Assembly (NCBI GenBank): GCA_041659405.1
Contig: JBAZYK010000001.1
Span: 30,001 to 62,000, forward strand
DNA: 32,000 bases
Origin: Candidatus Altimarinota bacterium
Lineage (GTDB): Bacteria > Patescibacteriota > Gracilibacteria > UBA1369
Direction of reading: 5' to 3'
Every line of letters begins with the position of its first letter. Positions within the stretch are counted from its first letter, which is position 1. Below are positions 24,896-32,000 of this stretch, piece by piece. The notes below the pieces were generated by a model, which was given only the letters and a program-made list of their open reading frames with translations, was not told the DNA's origin and did no database searches. Both the position numbers and the translations under genes were made by a program.

Positions 24896-27136
24896 GTGAT
24901 CACCAAACAACGCCTTCAGGAAATTTACCTTTTTGCCTTTGCCGCGCTCAGTTATTTCTTGGCAATGAGCCTTTATGTGGACACGCTTAGCGCTTTTTTG
25001 AATGAATTTGGAGCAAGATTTTTGCCCTTTATTCTTATCAGCAGGGCTGTTTTCGTTACGTTCTATTCACTTTTCAGCACGGCATTTTCGGCCAGATTCT
25101 CGTTCAGGAAGTGCTTTTTGGGACTTTTATTGTTATTTGCTTTAATTCTGGGCTTTTTACCGTTTTCCGGGTTCCTGGGTTCTTATCAAATTATTCTGTT
25201 TTTCTTTAGTGCGAATGCGCTTTTTTTGGCTTTGGATGTAAGTTTACTGGGGATCGTCAATACTTTCATGAATCCGGTCCAGGCCAAAAATTTTATCCCC
25301 AAAATTTATGCTGTTTCCGATTTGGCACTTATATTGGGCTCATTTTCAGGGGTTTACCTTAAATATCTTGATGGTGATTTTGGGCAAAGTGTAGTTCCAT
25401 TCGTGCTAATTTGCTGTTCGATTTTTCTTTTGCTACAGGCACACAGGTCTCAAACCAAAACAAACGGGGCGACAGCACCAAAGCCATTATTGGAAAAAAA
25501 GCCAAACGTTCATCCTCTTCAAGAATGCGTTAAGGCTTTTCATTACGTTATTTTTGAATCGAGACTGTTTAGGACCATTATGCTTTGCATCTTTCTGATG
25601 GTGGGATTGCAGCTTTTTATTGAGTATAAACTGGATTTTACTTTGAGTGAAGACTTTCTGGAAAACGATTTGAGTTTTCTGCTCGGAACAATTTTCTTTT
25701 TGGAAAATTCTTTAAGATTCATTTGGAATTTATTTTTCTCGAAAAGGATTTTGTTTGGTGCGGGAGCGATTAATGCCATCATGCTTTATCCGGCTATTTT
25801 GCTGGTTATTTTAATGGTTGGATTTGTATTTAATTTTAATTATGTATTTGCGATTCTGATTTATTTAAGTTCCAGTATCTATTATTTTTCAACGGTTCAG
25901 GCGGCTAATTCTCAAATTATTTCCGCAACACCAAAGAAAAAAGCCGAGGCAACATATTACGTTCTGGCAGAATGGACGGTCGGCTTATCTGCCATGTTTT
26001 TTGCGAGTTTTCTGTTGATATATTTATGGTTCCCCCAGCTTGAAAAGTCTCTGAATACTTTTTTAATCGGGCTCTTGGCTTTGTTGTTGATTTGGAAGAT
26101 GTTAAAGTTAAAAAAATATTATCTTGAAGATCTAAAAAGCCATTTGAATGATGGTGGTCCCGAGGACAAACTGAATGCGATTGATCTTCTGACTGAAAGA
26201 ATCCAAAAAAACAAAGGAGAATTCCTGCTTTTAAAATTGTTGGAAACAGAAAAAGATAATGACACCCGAAAAAAAATAATTCATAATTTAGCGCTTATTG
26301 GTAACCCTGAATCCGTTTTTCACCTTATTAACGTGATTGAAAAAGATATTGTCAAAAACAAATTTGCGGCCGTCCAGGCAATCGAAATTATTTTAAAGAA
26401 AAACAATTCAATTCGTTCTTTCCCACTTACTAAACATTTGATTCTTGAAAGTTATGAAAAAATGTTTATTGCAGATGTTCCACTTTTTTTGAAAATTGAA
26501 ATTCTGCATTCACTTCAACATTTTAATATTGATGAAGTTATTGGCTTTTTGCAAAGGAATTTAATGGAAAAAGATCCACAGATTGTAGCCAATACCATTG
26601 AAATTTTTTCCAAATTTGACGATCGCAGCATCATTTATTATTTAAAACCTTTTCTGAGAAATTCCGATTACCACATCTATTGCGCTGCGCTTGTAGCCTT
26701 ATGGAAATACCAGGAAGTCAGAATCGATCTTTTGGATATTTTGGTAAAAATATTGAAATCCGATGATAAAGAAATGATCGAGGCCGGCTTATTTATAATT
26801 AATGCAGCGAATATTTATTGGGAAAAAGGTTATGTCCTTGAAAAATTGAAGCACCCCGATGAAAAAATCAGGATTTATGCCTTAACTACCATGATCAATT
26901 TGGGTAACCTGCAATATGTTGATCAGTTACTTGAAAACATGCTGGATTTTTATTTACATTCATCAGCTTCAAGTATGGAGTTTGTGCTTTCACGTTTCCG
27001 CAGATTCACTCCTAAAACAAAAAAGTTTATTATCTTTAAAATACTACGGCTTAGTTTTGATAAAGCCAATATTTTCCTGGAAATATTCAAGAATTCACAA
27101 TATATTTTTGATACGGAACTGGAAGCGTTTAAGTAA
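24896..27136 (+). CDS. Polytopic membrane protein (NTT/MFS-like) fused to HEAT-like repeat C-terminal half
   Basis: About 12 TM-like segments through residue ~400, then alpha-solenoid repeats (DAIDLLTERI…, AVQAIEIILKK…, YHIYCAALVALWKYQEVRIDLLDILVK…). Confidence 0.7.
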   Translation: MITKQRLQEIYLFAFAALSYFLAMSLYVDTLSAFLNEFGARFLPFILISRAVFVTFYSLFSTAFSARFSFRKCFLGLLLLFALILGFLPFSGFLGSYQIILFFFSANALFLALDVSLLGIVNTFMNPVQAKNFIPKIYAVSDLALILGSFSGVYLKYLDGDFGQSVVPFVLICCSIFLLLQAHRSQTKTNGATAPKPLLEKKPNVHPLQECVKAFHYVIFESRLFRTIMLCIFLMVGLQLFIEYKLDFTLSEDFLENDLSFLLGTIFFLENSLRFIWNLFFSKRILFGAGAINAIMLYPAILLVILMVGFVFNFNYVFAILIYLSSSIYYFSTVQAANSQIISATPKKKAEATYYVLAEWTVGLSAMFFASFLLIYLWFPQLEKSLNTFLIGLLALLLIWKMLKLKKYYLEDLKSHLNDGGPEDKLNAIDLLTERIQKNKGEFLLLKLLETEKDNDTRKKIIHNLALIGNPESVFHLINVIEKDIVKNKFAAVQAIEIILKKNNSIRSFPLTKHLILESYEKMFIADVPLFLKIEILHSLQHFNIDEVIGFLQRNLMEKDPQIVANTIEIFSKFDDRSIIYYLKPFLRNSDYHIYCAALVALWKYQEVRIDLLDILVKILKSDDKEMIEAGLFIINAANIYWEKGYVLEKLKHPDEKIRIYALTTMINLGNLQYVDQLLENMLDFYLHSSASSMEFVLSRFRRFTPKTKKFIIFKILRLSFDKANIFLEIFKNSQYIFDTELEAFK

Positions 27137-27137
27137 T

Positions 27138-28976
27138 TTATTTCAGGAGCAAACTTAACTTTCCTTCCAAAATCGCGGCCTTTTCTTCTCCGGAATAATC
27201 ACCATAAGTGGCAAAAGTTTCCAGGAATTTTTGACGTTCAGCGGGTGTCATTAAGCGCATTTGGCTGTGATCCAAACGAATAGGCACAAAATTTATCTGA
27301 ATCTGATCATTGGCAATAATCAGGGCAAGACTAAGACCCTCCTGTGTATCTTTAGAAAAATACTGATCAAAAATGGCGTTACCAAGTGAATAAAAAATCG
27401 GATGACCTTTATAGGTTTCATAAGCCTGAACAACATGAGAATGCATGCCAATAATTGCAATTGCCCCGGCATCAATCAGCTGATGAGCAAGTGTTTGCTG
27501 ACGGTCATTTGGCTTGTGCACGTATTCTATCCCCCAATGGATATATGGAATTACTTTATATCCCTGTGAAACTAAATCCTTCACTTTGTTGAGCGCGGCG
27601 GCATCATTTATTTTAAAATCCACGTCATCCAAACCCAAAAACGCAATTTTCTGATCCTGAATTTGCATGGTTGTAAAACTTTGATCGTTGACCTCTTTTG
27701 GATTACCAAAAATTTTAATCCCCTGGGCCTGAATGAGTTCGCGGGTGTCATTGTAGCCATTTATCCCCATATCAAAACTGTGATTATTCGCCCCACTCAA
27801 CACATCAAAGGAATATTTTTTAAGCAACGGAGCAATATCCGGCAAAAATCGAAAAGCGATTGTTTTACTGGTTTGGATAGACTTTTTGGCAATTGGACCT
27901 TCCAAATTGGCCAGCAAAATATCGTTAGTTTGCAAATAAGACTGGTTCATCTTTTGAAAAGGATAATCAAGCCCATTACGATCCATTAGCGTGCGCACAA
28001 AGCGTCCGAACATCATATCGCCAAAACTAACCAGGTAAATATTGCGGCTGGAAGTTAATGGTCCTTCCATGAAATATTCAATCAGCGCAGAAGGCGCACT
28101 CAATCCGGAATCCGAATTATTATTTATCAAATCAGCTTTAAAAGCACTGGCTTTTTGAGCTTTGACTGCAGCCGCATAGTCCAAAAAAGCACGTACTGCT
28201 GCGGTTTGATTAAGGTTAATCTTTTCAAGATTTTCAAGGTCGAAATTCTCCAAAATATTTCTAAAATATTGGGACTGAAAATCCTGAAGATTTGAATCGA
28301 CTGATGAATTCATAAAGGCGTGCGCGATCACAAAAGTTTGTGGTGGCAGATTTTGATGCAGAAAATCGGTGAAATTTTTAAGAGAATCCGTCTGAATATT
28401 TTCCGGAATTAAAAATACGCTATAAGTGGCTTTAGGAAAGCTTTTTTCAATAAATGGCGCGAAGGTGTTGATAGTATTATTTTCCTTGATAAAATCCTGA
28501 ATTTGAAAAAGATCCGGACGCGCGGCAATCAGTTCATCAAAATTGAAAGGTGCCTCCAAAAGACCTGCAGGCGTATTAAAATTCACATTCGGATGGAAAA
28601 TTTTTGCGATATTTTGATCTTTACCGACCGGCAATGGCTCAAGCACAACAAAATGTTGATATTGCTGTTTTTTGGAGAGACTTTTAAAAAATCCGGCCAA
28701 ATAATTATTGGGTATGGATCCTCCGGCAATAATGGCTCCACTTAGGCTTTGATCAGGCAGAAAAGAAACATTCGCAGAATTGTAAGCCTCTTCGTATTTA
28801 GGCCCCTGATTCATAAAAATATCTTCAGTTTTTAGTAAACTGCCGCTGCTTAATAGATTTTGACTTAAAAGATTGGCCTGAGAAGCATCACTGCAGCCTG
28901 ACAGAAAAATCGCTGCAACAAGCAATAAAGCGCCAATCCTACGATGTTTGATTTTTATTTTATTCATGGCTTTCAT
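27138..28976 (-). CDS. CapA (PGA_cap) family metallophosphatase lipoprotein
   Basis: Lipobox FLSGC; GDMMFGR, LANLEGPI, LSGANNHSFDMG, PYIHWGIEYV, GMHSHVVQ, GNAIFDQY motifs. Confidence 0.85.
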   Translation of the reverse strand: MKAMNKIKIKHRRIGALLLVAAIFLSGCSDASQANLLSQNLLSSGSLLKTEDIFMNQGPKYEEAYNSANVSFLPDQSLSGAIIAGGSIPNNYLAGFFKSLSKKQQYQHFVVLEPLPVGKDQNIAKIFHPNVNFNTPAGLLEAPFNFDELIAARPDLFQIQDFIKENNTINTFAPFIEKSFPKATYSVFLIPENIQTDSLKNFTDFLHQNLPPQTFVIAHAFMNSSVDSNLQDFQSQYFRNILENFDLENLEKINLNQTAAVRAFLDYAAAVKAQKASAFKADLINNNSDSGLSAPSALIEYFMEGPLTSSRNIYLVSFGDMMFGRFVRTLMDRNGLDYPFQKMNQSYLQTNDILLANLEGPIAKKSIQTSKTIAFRFLPDIAPLLKKYSFDVLSGANNHSFDMGINGYNDTRELIQAQGIKIFGNPKEVNDQSFTTMQIQDQKIAFLGLDDVDFKINDAAALNKVKDLVSQGYKVIPYIHWGIEYVHKPNDRQQTLAHQLIDAGAIAIIGMHSHVVQAYETYKGHPIFYSLGNAIFDQYFSKDTQEGLSLALIIANDQIQINFVPIRLDHSQMRLMTPAERQKFLETFATYGDYSGEEKAAILEGKLSLLLK

Positions 28977-29005
28977 TCTAGCATTGCACGGGCCATGAAT
29001 AAATA

Positions 29006-30310
29006 CTAATTCTGGTAGGCAAAGTATTCCAAAGTTTTTGCGATTACCTTAGCGGCTTCAGCACGGGTGATTGAACGATCCGGATCAAAATTACCATTAC
29101 CAATTCCTTGAATGAATCCTAAAAGATGAGCTTTTTCAATCCAACCAACTGCCCAACCCTGAACATCATTAAAGAATGAATGATCAGTATAAATAGGCTG
29201 TAAATGGAAAGTGGCTAAAATAATTTTTACAGATTCTGCACGGGTAATATTTTGATTTGGTGCAAAATTGTTATTTGAATATCCCTGAATAATGCCTAAA
29301 TCCCAGGCTGAACGGACCCATGGACCTTGCCAACCTTGAAGATCGGTAAAAGGTGTTCCGCAAGAATTTGTGGCACAGTTTAAGTTCTGGCCGATTCTGG
29401 CAGCAGCTAAAGCCATTTTGGTTAATTCCGCGCGGGAAATATATTGATTTGGACGGAAAGTTTGGTCCACGTAACCTTGCAAAACACACAATTGATACAA
29501 ACGGCGAACATAAATTTCCGACCAATGGCCATCAATATCTCTTGGATAAATTGGGGAACAAATTGGAGCTGGTTTTGGGGTCGGAGTTGTAGTTACTACC
29601 GTAGTTGGACGAGAACCGGGGACTGTATAACTAGGGGTTGAAGATGGACGAGAACCGGAAACTGTATAGCTCGGCGTTGAAGTTGCTACTGTACTTGGGC
29701 GAGAGCCACTTACTGTATATGAAGGAGTCGAACTTGGTCTTGAACCTGTTGTTCCTGTTGTTCCAGGGCGAGAACCGCTCACCGTGTAGCTTGGCGTTGA
29801 AGTTGCTACTGTAGTTGGACGAGAACCACTTACTGTATATGAAGGGGTTGAGCTTGGTCTTGAACCGGTTGTTGTTCCCGTGCTTGGACGGGAGCCACTT
29901 ACTGTAGAGCCTGGTGTTGTAGTTGCTACTACACCTGGACGTGATCCGCTTACAACGTATGTAGGACTAGAATTTGGTCTTGAACCATAAAAAGATGTCG
30001 GATCTGTTGGGTCAACTGCTTCCGGGCGGGATCCACTTGCTACATAACTTGGAGTTGAGCCTGGTCTTGAACCGCTTGTTGATGTTGTTGTTGGTCGAGA
30101 TCCGGCTACTGTGTATGTTGGACTGGAACCTGGTCTTGCGCCCGTTACTGCGCTGTATGGAACCATTTGAACGTTGGATTTCACCCATGAACTTTGAACT
30201 GGAATATAAGCAATTGGCTGTGCCGGCTTCAAGTTGTATACGGCATTTACGTCTAGTGGAAGCGTACAAATCGCCGCAATAATGATGATTTTTTTAGTAA
30301 TATTCAGCAT
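29006..30310 (-). CDS. Secreted protein with (S/G)SRP-rich repeat linker and C-terminal SLH domains
   Basis: Signal peptide; VSGSRPxxTPSYT repeats; LGIIQGYSNNNFAPNQNITRAESVKII and LLGFIQGIGNGNFDPDRSITRAEAAKVI SLH motifs. Confidence 0.88.
   Translation of the reverse strand: MLNITKKIIIIAAICTLPLDVNAVYNLKPAQPIAYIPVQSSWVKSNVQMVPYSAVTGARPGSSPTYTVAGSRPTTTSTSGSRPGSTPSYVASGSRPEAVDPTDPTSFYGSRPNSSPTYVVSGSRPGVVATTTPGSTVSGSRPSTGTTTGSRPSSTPSYTVSGSRPTTVATSTPSYTVSGSRPGTTGTTGSRPSSTPSYTVSGSRPSTVATSTPSYTVSGSRPSSTPSYTVPGSRPTTVVTTTPTPKPAPICSPIYPRDIDGHWSEIYVRRLYQLCVLQGYVDQTFRPNQYISRAELTKMALAAARIGQNLNCATNSCGTPFTDLQGWQGPWVRSAWDLGIIQGYSNNNFAPNQNITRAESVKIILATFHLQPIYTDHSFFNDVQGWAVGWIEKAHLLGFIQGIGNGNFDPDRSITRAEAAKVIAKTLEYFAYQN
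29580..30200 (-). repeat. Degenerate tandem repeat array encoding SGSRP-[S/T]-rich linker
   Basis: Multiple near-identical GGACGAGAACC…ACTGTA(TA)… units. Confidence 0.88.
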
Positions 30311-30395
30311 ACGATGGGGTTTATTGGAGAAATTGATTAAAAGGGTATCTTTTTACCATATTTTTTCAATCCTTGTCAACACGCAAAATACCTTT

Positions 30396-30893
30396 TTAAT
30401 AATGGTACGTCTTCCCTTTCATTATTGTACAAGCGCGATAAAGCTGTTCCATTAACAAAACTCGAATCATTTCGTGCGTAAAAGTAAAAGCCGAAAATGA
30501 AAGTTGATAATGCGCTGCCTTTAAAACCTCATCAGAAAGGCCAAAAGGTCCTCCAATAATAAAAGTAATATGACCCGGACCAAAATCGATTTTTTGCTTC
30601 AAAAATTCGGCAAATTTTACAGAATTCAGGGATTGTCCTTTTTCGGTAAGGGCAATTATGAAGCTATTTTCCGGCAAACGTTTGGTCTGAATTTGTTTAA
30701 GGATTTCCTGGCCCTCTTTGTTTTTGGCAGATAACCGGCCACTTTCGCTTGCTGACCCCTGTGGCGCCACGGATTCTTTGATGGTAATAACCTCAATTTT
30801 GGCAAAAGCCTGAAGTCTTTTTAAATATTCCTGCTCGGCCTCCTGAAAAAACCGATGTTTGGTTTTGCTGATTTGAATAATGGTGATCTTCAT
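30396..30893 (-). CDS. rlmH: 23S rRNA (pseudouridine(1915)-N(3))-methyltransferase RlmH
   Basis: FIIALTEKGQSLNSVKFAEFL, ITFIIGGPFGLSDEVL, SFSAFTFTHEMIRVLLMEQLYRACTIMKGKTYHY; start at ATG 30893 rather than 31028. Confidence 0.93.
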   Translation of the reverse strand: MKITIIQISKTKHRFFQEAEQEYLKRLQAFAKIEVITIKESVAPQGSASESGRLSAKNKEGQEILKQIQTKRLPENSFIIALTEKGQSLNSVKFAEFLKQKIDFGPGHITFIIGGPFGLSDEVLKAAHYQLSFSAFTFTHEMIRVLLMEQLYRACTIMKGKTYHY

Positions 30894-31070
30894 GGTTTGA
30901 TCTTCAGCCTGCAGCTTAAAATTGTCAAATTGCCAGGTTGATGCAGTTATGGTCACCGTTGCGAACCGCCGACCTTTTATCCTGCAAGCGCTGCCGTTAC
31001 TGCACGTTCCGCATTGCCCCGCAGCCATTTAAAATTTCGCAGATGCAATTCTTTTTGCTTGTCCGTACTT

Positions 31071-31991
31071 TTAGCCAGAATTGGCCATTCTCTTTGCGAT
31101 CACCATCTGATCAATTTTAAATTTTGGTGAAGATTTATCCGCTTCAAGTTGGATTTTCCAATTTTGCACGCCCGTTTGCGGATTTCGATCTTGATGGCCA
31201 GTTTGGTTGTTTATCGGTGAAAGTTCCTCGTTTTTTATAAGTCCATGATGCGCAAATTGATGATGAATTTTGCAAAGTGGAACGATGGAATTTGAATCGT
31301 GTAGCATTTCCAGTGAAAATCTTTTGGCGTGATGTTGATTGATTGCCGGATTTTTGCAGCCGGGATATCCGCACATCTCCCCATATTTTTCCTTCAGTTG
31401 ACGCTGAATTTCTGCCGGAATGTGCCGCGTGGGTTTTGCAGGTGAATGTTTTGATTTTTCCTTTTGTGTTGAGATATTTTTGGATTTTATTTCTGCGACA
31501 TGTTCAGCCCTAAAGCTCTTCTTTGCGCCTTTTGGTACGTCTTTTCCCGAAGTTTTTTGCTTTATTTCTGCTACTTTAACCGTCCCGGATTGTGAAGCTT
31601 CTCGTTCATCCAACAAATATTCCAAAACTTCATCCCAATTTAGTACTTTTTTCAATTGTTTTTCAAGTTTGTGTTTGTAGAGTCTGAACTTCATTTCCGT
31701 GGAAATTTTTATGTGAAAATTAAAACTTGTTTTTTGAAAATCTTCTGCTGGAATATCCTTTCCGGCAACGGAGGCCTCAAAAATGGCTTGCTGCTGCGGA
31801 GACGTTGACTCGTGTGTAAAAACATTCTCCTGTTTATCGTTTTCTGCGCTGTTGACTGCTGCACGATCATCGAAAAGATTTTTTTGCGCGCTAGTGCCTG
31901 ACGCACTTCCGTCAATTTGTGATTTCAAATTTTCCCGCATTTGCTGATCACGAATTTCTTTTGTGAAGGCTTGCAGAGTGGCGTAAGTCAT
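31071..31991 (-). CDS. HNH endonuclease domain protein (N-terminus may extend beyond the window)
   Basis: YGEMCGYPGCKNPAINQHHAKRF…NSIVPLCKIHHQFAHH; frame remains open to the window edge. Confidence 0.82.
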   Translation of the reverse strand: MTYATLQAFTKEIRDQQMRENLKSQIDGSASGTSAQKNLFDDRAAVNSAENDKQENVFTHESTSPQQQAIFEASVAGKDIPAEDFQKTSFNFHIKISTEMKFRLYKHKLEKQLKKVLNWDEVLEYLLDEREASQSGTVKVAEIKQKTSGKDVPKGAKKSFRAEHVAEIKSKNISTQKEKSKHSPAKPTRHIPAEIQRQLKEKYGEMCGYPGCKNPAINQHHAKRFSLEMLHDSNSIVPLCKIHHQFAHHGLIKNEELSPINNQTGHQDRNPQTGVQNWKIQLEADKSSPKFKIDQMVIAKRMANSG

Positions 31992-32000
31992 AGTTTGAAC

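Noticed and set aside
28120-28150. CapA segment encoding LSAPSAL resembling the RlmA-like insert (GCGCAGARGGYGCRCT)
   Set aside because: Short match in the same peptide frame, explained by similar Ala/Pro/Ser coding; no extended DNA homology.
29580-30200. Possible CRISPR-like array from regularly recurring units
   Set aside because: Units are in-frame, contiguous and degenerate with no unique spacers; they encode a protein linker.
29974-30282. ORFs antisense to the second SLH gene (29974-30282 +, 29353-29592 +, 29444-29641 +)
   Set aside because: Open only because of repetitive composition; the sense ORF has signal peptide and SLH domains.
30741-30780. RlmH segment PQGSASESGRLSA as another member of the dispersed repeat family
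   Set aside because: DNA similarity to the consensus is too low (about 8/12 in one block) and RlmH commonly has a variable loop here.
30894-31028. Upstream extension of rlmH in the ORF track
   Set aside because: RlmH proteins begin at MKITIIQ…; the extension is non-homologous and Cys/Arg-rich.
1-32000. UGA recoding (as in some candidate phyla)
   Set aside because: Genes such as the acyltransferase (ending AAAGTTTGA at 5649) appear to end at TGA and conserved ORFs lack in-frame TGA; consistent with the standard bacterial code.

Overview
32 kb of a compact bacterial chromosome. TGA appears to be used as a normal stop. The SLH proteins, NTT-like/HEAT protein and small genes suggest a candidate-phylum bacterium, but that is inference. 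Supported genes: type II/IV pilus-type pseudopilin genes, nadA, rsmE, DedA, a UPF0489 protein, an acyltransferase, GNAT, GDPD, a divergent SPOUT-like protein, an Ig-like surface protein, an RlmA-like methyltransferase, two SLH proteins with repetitive linkers, a HrpA-type helicase, two Fic proteins, YtxH, a metzincin-like lipoprotein, tRNA-Gly(UCC), a beta-CASP MBL nuclease, a membrane-HEAT fusion, a CapA-like lipoprotein, rlmH and an HNH protein. The main discovery candidate is a family of at least six short (about 40-50 nt) dispersed repeats, consensus roughly GGAGCTCGCTCCGCTCGCG...GAAATAGGCACTTCGTGCG. They lie INSIDE conserved protein-coding genes (nadA, rsmE, UPF0489, glpQ-like, and hrpA twice) and are read in several different frames. 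At the best-judged sites they look like extra peptide inserted into conserved folds, similar in concept to the Rickettsia palindromic elements. Secondary points: an accessory-looking segment (18.4-22.9 kb) beside tRNA-Gly with a metzincin-like lipoprotein, a Fic gene bracketed by a different repeat pair, and a sigma region-4-like HTH fragment; operator-like repeats ahead of both Fic genes; and a strongly structured intergenic region at 9.5-9.6 kb.
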